NCBI RefSeq assembly: GCF_055900595.2
Contig: NZ_CM148325.1
Length of the DNA stretch: 64,000 bases
Direction: 5' to 3' (one strand)
Shown here: positions 1-12,307 of the stretch, one piece after another
Position numbering within the stretch: position 1 is the first letter of the stretch
Layout: the number at the start of each line of letters is the position of its first letter
Translations under genes and position numbers: made by a program
Notes under the pieces: generated by a model
The model's database searches: none
The model's input: only the letters and a program-made list of their open reading frames with translations
Told to the model about the DNA's origin: nothing

Positions 1-881
1 AGCTCGCTTACCACGCGGTTTAAACGGTCGGCTTCTTTCGCCATCACCTGCGCCAATTGATGTGCTTCTCCTCCTGCTGGTGCGCGTTCGGCAAAATATT
101 TCGCCAGCCCTTTAATCGAGGAAAGAGGGTTACGGATTTCATGGGCGACGCCTGCGGCCAGATGTCCCAGCGCCACCAGCTTCTCTTTGCGCTTCATTTC
201 ATCCTGTAACAGCTGGCGCGAGCGAAGATAGCGGCGATACCAGAAGAATGACAACACGCTTGCCAGCAAGACCGTCGCCAGGGCGAAGAGGATAATCAGG
301 GTGTTTCTCTGCTCACGCTCTTCGGCACTCACAATGTTACTGGCGTCGAAAGCGATAAAAATTGCTTGTGGTGTCGTGGCATACTGCTGCATATGGCGCA
401 TCCGGTGCATTCCAGCAGCAAACATCGGTTGAAACTGGCGATAAATTTCCAGAACAGGCTCGCCGTCTGCGCTATCGATCCGCCGCCACGCTTCTTCGTC
501 TCCCGGATGTAACTGCTGCATTTCCTGCGGGGAATAAAGCTGTTTTCCCACCATGCCGGAGTTGCTATGCATCACGATTGTTCCTTGTTCATCCGTGACC
601 GCAAACCAACGCACTCCTGGCTGCCCAGCCATTTCTTCCAGTAAAGCCTGCTGCTGCGCATGATGCATGCGCATCCCCATACCGACGCGCGAGCCGGATT
701 CGAGAGCGCGGATAAGTACACTGCCTTTTTCCAGCAGAGTTTGTCTGGCGGCGGCAGTCTCGCGCCCATAATCGCGAATCACGGTCACCGCAAACAACCC
801 CACCAGTCCAACAATGACTACGGGAAGGATCGCGCTTAACCATTTTGCTAAGGCATCTTTTGATCGCTGCATAAAACGCAT
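1..881 (-). CDS. zraS: Sensor histidine kinase ZraS (HydH), N-terminal part; gene continues beyond window start
   Basis: Minus-strand reading from ATG at 881 gives [14 protein letters not shown]..., matching remembered ZraS N-terminus; open to position 1. Confidence 0.85.
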   Translation of the reverse strand, partial: MRFMQRSKDALAKWLSAILPVVIVGLVGLFAVTVIRDYGRETAAARQTLLEKGSVLIRALESGSRVGMGMRMHHAQQQALLEEMAGQPGVRWFAVTDEQGTIVMHSNSGMVGKQLYSPQEMQQLHPGDEEAWRRIDSADGEPVLEIYRQFQPMFAAGMHRMRHMQQYATTPQAIFIAFDASNIVSAEEREQRNTLIILFALATVLLASVLSFFWYRRYLRSRQLLQDEMKRKEKLVALGHLAAGVAHEIRNPLSSIKGLAKYFAERAPAGGEAHQLAQVMAKEADRLNRVVSE

Positions 882-910
882 CTTCTTCTTTGCCTGTTCA
901 TCCCTTTTTG

Positions 911-928
911 ACAGCAGAAATCATGCCA
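911..928 (-). promoter_or_regulatory. Candidate sigma54 promoter for zraS
   Basis: Minus strand reads TGGCAT-N5-CTGCT (GG-N10-GC spacing) upstream of zraS start. Confidence 0.5.
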
Positions 929-979
929 TCTTTTATTAGCACTTACCCTGCGCTTTAACACAAAGGCTTAAGTTTCAAT

Positions 980-1025
980 GAGTAAAAATGACTCGCTACA
1001 CACAGCAGGCGAGTCATTTTTACTC
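980..1025. promoter_or_regulatory. Perfect 17-bp inverted repeat, candidate ZraR enhancer-binding site
   Basis: GAGTAAAAATGACTCGC / GCGAGTCATTTTTACTC separated by 12 nt, centred in the divergent zraS-zraP intergenic region. Confidence 0.65.
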
Positions 1026-1067
1026 GTTTATCATGTCATATTGCCCGTCATATCAGCGTTTCGCCGT

Positions 1068-1083
1068 TGGCACGAAAGATGCA
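1068..1083 (+). promoter_or_regulatory. Candidate sigma54 promoter for zraP
   Basis: TGGCAC-N5-ATGCA (-24 GG / -12 GC) about 35 nt upstream of the zraP ATG. Confidence 0.65.
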
Positions 1084-1118
1084 ATACCCAAAGTAAGACA
1101 ACCACTGGAGGATTAACC

Positions 1119-1538
1119 ATGAAACGGAACACGAAAATTGCCCTGGTGATGATGGCGCTTTCAGCAATGGCGATGGGATCGACATCTGTATTTGCTCACG
1201 GCGGACACGGTATGTGGCAGCAAAATGCCGTGCCTTTGACCAGCGAACAACAGACAGCGTGGCAGAAAATCCATAATGACTTTTACGCTCAAAGCAGCGC
1301 ACTGCAACAGCAACTGGTGACGAAGCGTTATGAATACAATGCCCTGTTAGCCGCGAACCCACCGGATAGCAGCAAAATTAACGCGGTCGCCATAGAGATG
1401 GAGAATTTGCGTCAGTCGTTAGATGAGTTACGGGTGAAACGAGATATTGCGATGGCTGAAGCGGGTATTCCGCGCGGTACCGGAATGGGTTACGGCGGCT
1501 GCGGTGGTGGCGGTCATATGGGTATGGGCCACTGGTAA
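1119..1538 (+). CDS. zraP: Zinc resistance-associated periplasmic protein ZraP
   Basis: MKRNTKIALVMMALSAMAMG... signal peptide, Gly/His/Met-rich C-terminus; GGAGG RBS at 1106-1110; the ORF-track start at 978 is an upstream in-frame extension through the promoter. Confidence 0.9.
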   Translation: MKRNTKIALVMMALSAMAMGSTSVFAHGGHGMWQQNAVPLTSEQQTAWQKIHNDFYAQSSALQQQLVTKRYEYNALLAANPPDSSKINAVAIEMENLRQSLDELRVKRDIAMAEAGIPRGTGMGYGGCGGGGHMGMGHW

Positions 1539-1539
1539 A

Positions 1540-2241
1540 TCAGAACGTTTTCTCGTTGGGTTGCCAGCGACAGAAATCAGAGTTTGCCACTAACAGTAAT
1601 TGCGAACCTTCGGGCGCTTCCAGCCATGCCACGCTGACATCAACAGAAGAGCGGCTCTGGCGGCGCTCGATATGCGCTATCGCCTGCGAATCTAAATCAG
1701 GTTTAATGGTTTGCCCTTCGCAGGTGGTCACGGTCTGTTCCATCGCATGCCAGCGCCCCTGGCGCAGCACGACTCTCCCCTGACGTAAGGCATCGCTAAT
1801 CTGGCGGATCTGATCAGCACGATAACGGTATAAATCGATTTGGTCGTTAGAAAGCTGCTGCTTTTCCCCATCGGATTCACGTTGCATAAAGCTCAGATCG
1901 CCGCGATCGTCAAAACGCGCGCGAATATTCACCGGCGGTTTGCTGTAAACATTGATATTGATAAGCGTGAGGTTATCGCCCTGCCAGCGATACTCTCGCG
2001 TCGTGGTATCGCCACTGCGCCACGGGCTAAACACAGCAAGCAGATGCACATTATTGCCACTGTCTTTTCGCCAGATACGTACCGCGCCCTGATCTTCAGC
2101 AAATCCACTGGCGGTAAAGGGAGGAAGTGAAGAGTTGTGACTACAGGCAGTGAGAAACAGAGCGCCCGCCAGCATCAATGATCGACGCCAGAAAGACAAA
2201 AGGGGTGAAACCACCCCTTCGTTAAAACTGTTCACTGCCAC
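1540..2241 (-). CDS. yjaH: DUF1481 putative lipoprotein YjaH
   Basis: 233-aa ORF with lipobox-like LFLTAC; directly downstream of hupA on the same strand. Confidence 0.8.
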   Translation of the reverse strand: MAVNSFNEGVVSPLLSFWRRSLMLAGALFLTACSHNSSLPPFTASGFAEDQGAVRIWRKDSGNNVHLLAVFSPWRSGDTTTREYRWQGDNLTLININVYSKPPVNIRARFDDRGDLSFMQRESDGEKQQLSNDQIDLYRYRADQIRQISDALRQGRVVLRQGRWHAMEQTVTTCEGQTIKPDLDSQAIAHIERRQSRSSVDVSVAWLEAPEGSQLLLVANSDFCRWQPNEKTF

Positions 2242-2247
2242 GCAATC

Positions 2248-2520
2248 TTACTTAACTGCGTCTTTCAGTGCCTTGCCAGAAACAAATGCCGGCACGTTAG
2301 CTGCGGCAATTTTGATTTCTTTACCGGTCTGCGGGTTGCGGCCAGTACGCTCAGCGCGGTGGTTCACTTTGAAGGTACCGAAACCAACCAGTTGTACAGC
2401 ATCGCCTTCTTTCAGAGACTCAGTAATTGCAGCCAGAGTGGACTCCAGAGCAGCTTTAGCCTGGGTTTTGGACAGTTCTGCTTTCTCTGCAATTACATCA
2501 ATCAGTTGAGTCTTGTTCAT
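2248..2520 (-). CDS. hupA: DNA-binding protein HU-alpha
   Basis: 90-aa [29 protein letters not shown]...; HU family signature GFGTF. Confidence 0.95.
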
Positions 2521-2706
2521 AAGTTATCCTTACAATGTGTTTATCGCTTGCTAAGCATCGAGTGCGACGGAAATGCCAGAATAGCACTCTCCTGCATACA
2601 CGCACCGATAGCCACTTTTTTTCGCCCCCCAAATGTAGACCAGACGGGGGGCGAAAGGGAAGACTCCAGGTATGACAAATCAGGCGTTAAATCACGTTTT
2701 CTGGTC

Positions 2707-3297
2707 TTATTGCTGAAAAATTATACCAATATTGCTCTCGCCCGCCTCACGCAGGTCTGCCCTAAGGCCTTTTATCAGCTCGATATCGCGTTCTTCGCAC
2801 TCAGCTAAAAGTCGGAATATTTCCCACTGAATGTCCCACTCTTGCTCTACAGCTGGGTTTTCTTTGAGCTCTTCATCGCTCATTTCACGGCCAGCCTGAG
2901 TCATTTCCAGCATCGCCACGGTCGTGATGGAGGTCTTACTCACTTCTACCGCGTGTTCGAGCGTTTCGCCACTTAAACGCGAATGGACCAGTTCACTTAA
3001 CGCCACGCAAGCATCGATTGCCGGATAAACGCCGTACAGATCGAAATCGTCGGCTGAAGGAATCGCTTCTTCAAATTTCTCCAGTTGGCTGTCGAAATTT
3101 ACTTTTGCGTCTTTGACGGTCAGCGTTTCCCAGATGAGATCGAGAATACGGCGGTAAATTTGCCCATCACCAAAACCAGTTTGCTGACAGAACATGGCGT
3201 AATTAGGGTACATGCGTTCGCATAAGCAGGCCATAAAAGTGACGTGCTGCCAGCTTTCCAGGCGCTCCAGACGCAGATGAATTGGGTTTTGTAACAT
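2707..3297 (-). CDS. yjaG: DUF416 protein YjaG
   Basis: 196-aa ORF; last gene of the nudC-hemE-nfi-yjaG cluster. Confidence 0.85.
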   Translation of the reverse strand: MLQNPIHLRLERLESWQHVTFMACLCERMYPNYAMFCQQTGFGDGQIYRRILDLIWETLTVKDAKVNFDSQLEKFEEAIPSADDFDLYGVYPAIDACVALSELVHSRLSGETLEHAVEVSKTSITTVAMLEMTQAGREMSDEELKENPAVEQEWDIQWEIFRLLAECEERDIELIKGLRADLREAGESNIGIIFQQ

Positions 3298-3339
3298 GTT
3301 GAGTTCTCAAATACGGAAATTATCCGCAGTTTACCTGAA

Positions 3340-4011
3340 TTAGGGCTGATTTGCTGTATAGCGCACGAACGCCGGACGTTCCGAGGCCACCGCGTCTGCC
3401 CAGCGCGTTGGCTCCGGCAGACGATAGCCTTTCATGCAGCGTTGTACCCACGCCAGCGCGCTGTCCACGCTGACCCGATGACCGGTAGCGATAAATAGCG
3501 GGTTACAGCGCGCTTTGCTGCGCCAGACCCATGCCAGCTGCTCGCCTTTATCCATCAGTGGGGCCAGCGCGCCCGGTTCGCTGGAGAGCGGTTCGAATTT
3601 ACCGCAGAGCCGTTTTTTCGCTACGCCAATGGTCGGCACATCCACCAGCAAACCAAAGTGGCTGGCGACGCCAAGACGGCGAGGATGCGAGATCCCATGA
3701 CCATCGACAAACACTAAATCGGGCTTTTGCGACAGCATCTCCCACGCTGCCAGCAGCGCAGGATATTCGCGGAAGGAAAGAAAACCTGGAATGTAAGGCA
3801 TGGTGGTGGCGATGCGTGCCACTTTATACTCCACCAGCTCAAGAGAGGGGTATTTCAGCAGCACCATCGCCGCTCGCGTCACATCTCCGCCTTGCTCAAA
3901 CCCGACATCGGCTCCGGCGATCAGATCCGGCGGATCTTTATCAAGTCGATCCTCACGGATCACAGAAGAAGCCAGTTCGATTTGTTGAGCGCGTAATGAC
4001 GCGAGATCCAT
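3340..4011 (-). CDS. nfi: Endonuclease V
   Basis: Translation from [17 protein letters not shown]... (223 aa); ORF track begins 2 codons upstream. Confidence 0.9.
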   Translation of the reverse strand: MDLASLRAQQIELASSVIREDRLDKDPPDLIAGADVGFEQGGDVTRAAMVLLKYPSLELVEYKVARIATTMPYIPGFLSFREYPALLAAWEMLSQKPDLVFVDGHGISHPRRLGVASHFGLLVDVPTIGVAKKRLCGKFEPLSSEPGALAPLMDKGEQLAWVWRSKARCNPLFIATGHRVSVDSALAWVQRCMKGYRLPEPTRWADAVASERPAFVRYTANQP

Positions 4012-4020
4012 AATCACTCC

Positions 4021-5085
4021 TTAGCGGTGATACTGTTCAGACAGGCGATGCACAGCCTCCACAAACACGCCAGCATGTTCTGGCGGCACATCCTGATGAA
4101 TGCCGTGACCAAGGTTAAATACATGACCTTCGCCGTGACCGAAACCTGCAAGTATAGTCGCGACTTCTTCTTCAATGCGGGCAGGTGGCGCGTACAGCAT
4201 CGACGGATCCATATTACCCTGCAGCGCGACTTTATTGCCCACGCGGCGGCGCGCATCGGCGATATCCGTTGTCCAGTCGAGGCCCAGCGCATCGCAACCC
4301 GTTTCCGCCATAGCTTCCAGCCACTGTCCACCGCCTTTGGTAAACAGGGTGACCGGTACACGGCGACCGTCGTTTTCACGCAGTAAACCATCAACTATTT
4401 TATGCATGTAATAGAGCGAGAACTGTTGATAATCGCGCCCGGTGAGCACGCCGCCCCAGGTATCGAAGATCATCACGGCCTGAGCACCAGCTTTAATTTG
4501 CGCATTCAGATACAAAGTGACGCTTTTCGCCAGTTTATCGAGCAGAGCGTGCAGCGCCTGTGGATCGGCATACATCATCTTTTTGATCACGGTGAACGCT
4601 TTGCTGCTGCCACCTTCCACCATATAGGTCGCCAGCGTCCACGGGCTGCCGGAAAAACCAATCAGCGGCACTTCGCCTTTCAGTTCGCGGCGAATAGTAC
4701 GCACCGCGTTCATCACATAACCCAGCTCATCTTCCGGGTCCGGAATTGGCAGTTTATCAACGTCAGCTTTGCAGGTGACTGGCGAGGTAAAACGCGGACC
4801 TTCTCCGGCTTCAAAATAGAGCCCTAACCCCATCGCGTCCGGCACGGTGAGGATATCGGAAAAGAGGATCGCCGCATCCAGCGGATAGCGACGCAGCGGT
4901 TGCAAAGTCACTTCGCACGCCAGCTCTGCATTTTTGCACAGCGACATAAAATCGCCCGCCTGGGCGCGCGTGGCTTTATATTCCGGTAGATAGCGACCCG
5001 CCTGGCGCATCATCCATACTGGAGTGACATCAACGGGCTGGCGCAGCAGCGCCCGCAGATAACGATCGTTTTTGAGTTCGGTCAT
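4021..5085 (-). CDS. hemE: Uroporphyrinogen decarboxylase
   Basis: 354-aa [39 protein letters not shown]... (URO-D signature). Confidence 0.95.
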   Translation of the reverse strand: MTELKNDRYLRALLRQPVDVTPVWMMRQAGRYLPEYKATRAQAGDFMSLCKNAELACEVTLQPLRRYPLDAAILFSDILTVPDAMGLGLYFEAGEGPRFTSPVTCKADVDKLPIPDPEDELGYVMNAVRTIRRELKGEVPLIGFSGSPWTLATYMVEGGSSKAFTVIKKMMYADPQALHALLDKLAKSVTLYLNAQIKAGAQAVMIFDTWGGVLTGRDYQQFSLYYMHKIVDGLLRENDGRRVPVTLFTKGGGQWLEAMAETGCDALGLDWTTDIADARRRVGNKVALQGNMDPSMLYAPPARIEEEVATILAGFGHGEGHVFNLGHGIHQDVPPEHAGVFVEAVHRLSEQYHR

Positions 5086-5124
5086 TTTGGCTGTTCCTTA
5101 GTGCGTCAGGCGGTCAGTGTATCA

Positions 5125-5898
5125 TCACTCATACTCTGCCCGACACATCGCCACCGTATCTTCTATCAGACGGCGCGCCACGGTGCCGGGCGGCGGAAGT
5201 AACGGTAAATCATCGTAGCGATACCAGTTCGCCTCGAGCAGCTCTTTCGGATCAATCACGATGTCGCCGCTATCATATTCCGCCATAAATGCGGTCATCA
5301 GCGACTGGGGAAACGGCCACGGCTGGGAAGTCACGTACCGCAAGTTTTTAACTTTAATTCCGCTCTCTTCCATCACTTCCCGCGCGACCGCCTGCTCGAG
5401 GGTTTCGCCCACTTCGACGAATCCGGCAAGTACCGTATGGACACCGTTACGATGGCGGGTATGCTGGGCGAGGAGGATCGAATCATCGCGACGGATGGCA
5501 ACAATAATGCAGGGGGCGATTTGCGGGTAGTAACGCTCACGGCAATGGCTGCACAGCATCGCCCATTCGGTTTTGCTCGGATACATTTCATGCCCGCAGT
5601 AACCACAGTATTTATGCGATCGGTAAAACTCCGCCAGTTGCACGCCACGTCCGGCCAGTTGAAACAGCCCAACATCGAGATCAATGACCTGACGTACCGA
5701 CCCCATATCGTGACGCCGCTGCTGTTGTACTAACCAAACAGGTTCCCCCTGCCATTCGCCGATTTGTAGTGCGCGCTGACCCACAAGATCGAAATTTGCC
5801 GCTTCGCCATATGGCAATTCTCCCTTCGGCAACCATAATTTTTGTTCATGGCTGACGACCCACCAGCCGTGATCTAATTTTTCAATTATACGATCCAT
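5125..5898 (-). CDS. nudC: NADH pyrophosphatase (Nudix hydrolase)
   Basis: 257-aa ORF with C4 zinc motif (CGYCGHEM...CSHC) and Nudix box ([22 protein letters not shown]). Confidence 0.93.
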
Positions 5899-5992
5899 AG
5901 CTCTTGCACTACCTTTGCATCACTGGCATGTTTAACATGGTTTTTACATTTCTCACTGAGCAGTTTTTGAATACAAACTTGCGGAGTCAATC

Positions 5993-6469
5993 ATGCTTAA
6001 CCAGCTCGATAACCTGACGGAGCGCGTCAGAGGAAGTAACAAACTGGTTGATCGCTGGCTACATGTACGTAAGCATCTGCTCGTGGCTTACTACAATCTG
6101 GTTGGCATTAAGCCTGGCAAAGAATCGTACATGAGGCTAAACGAAAAAGCCCTTGATGATTTTTGTCAGAGCCTGGTCGATTACTTGTCTGCCGGACATT
6201 TCAGTATTTATGAGCGCATTCTTCATAAACTGGAAGGCAATGGGCAACTCGCACGCGCCGCGAAGATTTGGCCACAACTCGAAGCCAATACCCAACAGAT
6301 TATGGATTACTACGATTCCAGCCTTGAAACCGCTATCGATCATGATAATTACCTTGAGTTTCAACAAGTTTTATCTGACATCGGCGAGGCCCTGGAAGCG
6401 CGCTTTGTGCTGGAAGATAAGCTGATTCTGCTGGTGCTTGACGCCGCCCGCGTCAAACATCCTGCTTGA
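5993..6469 (+). CDS. rsd: Regulator of sigma D (anti-sigma70 factor Rsd)
   Basis: 158-aa ORF MLNQLDNLTERVRGSNKLVDRWLHVRKHLLVAYYNL... Confidence 0.92.
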   Translation: MLNQLDNLTERVRGSNKLVDRWLHVRKHLLVAYYNLVGIKPGKESYMRLNEKALDDFCQSLVDYLSAGHFSIYERILHKLEGNGQLARAAKIWPQLEANTQQIMDYYDSSLETAIDHDNYLEFQQVLSDIGEALEARFVLEDKLILLVLDAARVKHPA

Positions 6470-6489
6470 GTTCTGCGCTGTTAACGCGT

Positions 6490-6660
6490 AATTTACATTC
6501 AACGCCCCGTTTGCGGGGCTAATTTCTTGTCGGAGTGCCTTAACTGGCTGAGACCGTTTATTCGGGATCCGCGGAACCTGATCAGGCTAATACCTGCGAA
6601 GGGAACAAGAGTTAATCTGCTATCGCATCGCCTTTGCGGCGATCGTCTCTTGCTTCATCC
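6490..6660 (+). promoter_or_regulatory. TPP (THI-box) riboswitch in thiC leader
   Basis: Conserved CTGAGA ... ACCTGATCAGGCTAATACCTGCGAAGGGAAC elements just upstream of thiC. Confidence 0.85.
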
Positions 6661-6698
6661 GTCGTCTGACAAGCCACGTCCTTAACTTTTTGGAATGA

Positions 6699-9224
<2,526 letters not shown>

Positions 9225-9232
<8 letters not shown>

Positions 9233-9980
9233 CCGTGATTTTATGCGTTATAGCCGTCAAATCCTGCTCGACGATATTGCTCTTGACGGGCAACAAAAAC
9301 TGCTCGACAGCCAGGTGCTGATTATCGGTCTGGGTGGGTTGGGTACACCTGCTGCGCTATACCTGGCGGGAGCTGGTGTCGGGACGCTGGTACTGGCAGA
9401 TGACGACGATGTGCATTTGAGCAATCTGCAACGACAAATCCTCTTTACCACTGAAGATATCGATCGCCCGAAATCGCAGGTCAGCCAACAGCGACTGACA
9501 CAGTTAAATCCCGACATTCAACTGACAGCATTACAACAACGGTTAACGGGTGAGGCGTTAAAAGATGCGGTAGCACGGGCCGATGTGGTGCTCGACTGTA
9601 CCGACAACATGGCGACTCGCCAGGAGATTAATGCCGCCTGCGTAGCACTTAACACACCGCTTATCACCGCCAGCGCGGTCGGATTTGGTGGTCAGTTGAT
9701 GGTGCTGACACCGCCCTGGGAACAGGGGTGTTACCGCTGCCTGTGGCCGGATAACCAGGAGCCTGAACGCAACTGCCGCACGGCAGGCGTGGTTGGCCCG
9801 GTGGTCGGGGTCATGGGCACGTTACAGGCACTGGAAGCAATTAAGCTATTGAGTGGTATAGAGACCCCTGCGGGATATCTTCGACTGTTTGACGGTAAAT
9901 TAAACCAATGGCGCAACCTGGCGTTGCGCCGCGCCAGCAGTTGCCCGGTATGCGGAGGAAGCAATGCAGATCCTGTTTAA
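9225..9980 (+). CDS. thiF: ThiS adenylyltransferase ThiF
   Basis: Start at [15 protein letters not shown] (251 aa); ThiF/MoeB fold GLGGLG; C-terminal CPVCG; overlaps thiE end. Confidence 0.92.
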
Positions 9981-10164
9981 CGATCAACCGATGCAGTGCG
10001 TCGCCGGACTAACTGTTCACGAACTGCTGGAGCAACTCGATCAACAACAAGCAGGTGCGGCACTGGCGATTAATCAGCAAATCGTCCCGCGGGAACAATG
10101 GGCGCAACATATCGTGCAGGATGGCGACCAGATCCTGCTTTTTCAGGTTATTGCAGGGGGTTGA
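9964..10164 (+). CDS. thiS: Sulfur carrier protein ThiS
   Basis: 66-aa ORF ending ...VIAGG (C-terminal Gly-Gly). Confidence 0.93.
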   Translation: MQILFNDQPMQCVAGLTVHELLEQLDQQQAGAALAINQQIVPREQWAQHIVQDGDQILLFQVIAGG

Positions 10165-10165
10165 G

Positions 10166-10936
10166 ATGTTACATATTGCGGACAAAACGTTTGATTCACA
10201 TCTGTTTACTGGCACCGGAAAATTCGCCTCTTCACAACTGATGGTGGAGTCTATTCGCGCTTCCGGCAGCCAACTGGTGACGCTGGCGATGAAACGTGTC
10301 GACTTGCGCCAGCACAACGACGCTATCCTCGAACCGCTTATCGCGGCGGGTGTGACCCTGCTGCCGAATACTTCCGGGGCGAAAACCGCGGAAGAAGCCA
10401 TTTTCGCCGCCCATCTGGCACGTGAAGCGTTAGGCACAAACTGGCTAAAATTAGAGATTCACCCTGACGCCCGCTGGCTGTTGCCCGATCCCATCGAAAC
10501 CCTGAAAGCCGCAGAAATGTTGGTGCAACAGGGATTTGTCGTGCTGCCTTACTGCGGTGCCGATCCAGTGTTGTGCAAACGTCTGGAGGAAGTGGGCTGT
10601 GCAGCAGTAATGCCGCTTGGCGCACCAATTGGCTCTAATCAAGGACTGGAAACCCGCGCCATGCTGGAGATTATTATCCAGCAAGCCACGGTTCCGGTGG
10701 TCGTTGATGCTGGCATTGGCGTTCCCAGCCATGCCGCGCAGGCGCTTGAAATGGGAGCCGATGCGGTGTTAGTGAATACGGCGATTGCCGTCGCTGACGA
10801 TCCCGTCAACATGGCGAAGGCATTTCGTCTGGCGGTAGACGCCGGCCTGCTGGCACGTCAGTCCGGGCCGGGCAGTCGCAGTCATTTTGCTCATGCCACT
10901 AGCCCGCTGACCGGATTTCTGGAGGCATCGGCATGA
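10166..10936 (+). CDS. thiG: Thiazole synthase ThiG
   Basis: Start at [20 protein letters not shown] (256 aa). Confidence 0.93.
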   Translation: MLHIADKTFDSHLFTGTGKFASSQLMVESIRASGSQLVTLAMKRVDLRQHNDAILEPLIAAGVTLLPNTSGAKTAEEAIFAAHLAREALGTNWLKLEIHPDARWLLPDPIETLKAAEMLVQQGFVVLPYCGADPVLCKRLEEVGCAAVMPLGAPIGSNQGLETRAMLEIIIQQATVPVVVDAGIGVPSHAAQALEMGADAVLVNTAIAVADDPVNMAKAFRLAVDAGLLARQSGPGSRSHFAHATSPLTGFLEASA

Positions 10937-12066
10937 AAACCTTCAGCGATCGCTGGCGACAACTGGACTGGGACGACATCCGCCTGCGAATCAACAGCAA
11001 AACGGCAGCTGACGTAGAGCGGGCACTCAATGTTTCGCAACTCACTCGCGACGATATGATGGCATTGCTATCACCTGCCGCCGGTGAATACCTGGAACCA
11101 CTGGCTCAACGGGCGCAGCGCCTGACCCGCCAGCGATTTGGCAACATCGTCAGCTTCTACGTCCCGCTTTATCTCTCTAATCTTTGCGCTAACGACTGCA
11201 CTTACTGCGGATTTTCCATGAGCAATCGCATCAAGCGTAAAACGCTGGATGAAGCGGATATCGCCAGGGAAAGCGCCGCTATCCGGGAGATGGGCTTTGA
11301 ACATCTATTGCTGGTCACTGGTGAACATCAGGCGAAAGTGGGGATGGATTACTTTCGTCGTCATCTCCCTGTCCTGCGTGAACAGTTCTCTTCACTACAG
11401 ATGGAAGTACAGCCACTGGCGGAAGCGGAATACGCCGAGTTAAAGCAACTTGGTCTGGATGGGGTGATGGTTTATCAGGAGACATATCACGAGGCGACAT
11501 ACGCCCACCATCATCTGAAAGGGAAAAAACAGGACTTCTTCTGGCGGCTGGAAACGCCGGATCGGCTGGGCCGTGCGGGGATAGATAAGATAGGCCTCGG
11601 CGCGCTAATCGGCCTTTCCGACAGCTGGCGCGTTGACTGCTATATGGTTGCCGAACATTTGCTATGGCTGCAACAACATTACTGGCAAAGCCGTTACTCT
11701 GTCTCCTTCCCGCGCCTGCGCCCGTGTACTGGCGGGATTGAGCCAGCGTCGATTATGGATGAACGCCAGTTAGTACAAACTATCTGCGCCTTCCGCCTAC
11801 TTGCGCCGGAGATTGAACTGTCACTCTCCACGCGGGAATCACCGTGGTTTCGCGATCGCGTTATTCCGCTGGCGATCAATAACGTCAGCGCCTTCTCGAA
11901 AACGCAACCAGGTGGTTATGCCGACAATCATCCCGAGCTGGAACAGTTCTCACCGCACGACGATCGCAGACCAGAAGCGGTGGCCGCCGCGTTAACCGCT
12001 CAGGGTTTGCAGCCGGTGTGGAAAGACTGGGACAGCTATCTGGGACGCGCCTCGCAAAGGACATGA
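10933..12066 (+). CDS. thiH: 2-iminoacetate synthase (tyrosine lyase) ThiH
   Basis: 377-aa ORF with radical-SAM CANDCTYC motif. Confidence 0.93.
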   Translation: MKTFSDRWRQLDWDDIRLRINSKTAADVERALNVSQLTRDDMMALLSPAAGEYLEPLAQRAQRLTRQRFGNIVSFYVPLYLSNLCANDCTYCGFSMSNRIKRKTLDEADIARESAAIREMGFEHLLLVTGEHQAKVGMDYFRRHLPVLREQFSSLQMEVQPLAEAEYAELKQLGLDGVMVYQETYHEATYAHHHLKGKKQDFFWRLETPDRLGRAGIDKIGLGALIGLSDSWRVDCYMVAEHLLWLQQHYWQSRYSVSFPRLRPCTGGIEPASIMDERQLVQTICAFRLLAPEIELSLSTRESPWFRDRVIPLAINNVSAFSKTQPGGYADNHPELEQFSPHDDRRPEAVAAALTAQGLQPVWKDWDSYLGRASQRT

Positions 12067-12113
12067 GACAAAATGTAAGAACGTAAATTTATTCCGAGCA
12101 GCTACGGAAGATG

Positions 12114-12149
12114 AAAAACGCAAGGTTGTTGAAAGCGTTGCGTTTTTTT
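12114..12149. terminator. Bidirectional rho-independent terminator downstream of thiH
   Basis: AAAAACGCAA / TTGCGTTTTT 10-bp stem with 14-nt loop, U-run on both strands. Confidence 0.6.
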
Positions 12150-12260
12150 ATGTTAGTACCGTCAGCAGGAATGTTGTCCAGGGCGAAAAGCTTCTTCCTC
12201 GTTTCGCCCTGCCTTTCTTAATATTTCCCATGAAGAATTTGCCCTCTGAATAACACCCAT

Positions 12261-12286
12261 AAAAAAACCCGCCGAAGCGGGTTTTT
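12261..12286 (-). terminator. rpoC rho-independent terminator
   Basis: Minus strand: AAAACCCGC-TTCG-GCGGGTTTTTTT immediately after the rpoC stop. Confidence 0.8.
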
Positions 12287-12307
12287 ACGTTATTTGCGGA
12301 TTAACGA

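Noticed and set aside
978-1118. Upstream in-frame extension of the zraP ORF
   Set aside because: The extension spans the ZraR inverted repeat and sigma54 promoter; the ATG at 1119 has a GGAGG RBS and begins a typical signal peptide.
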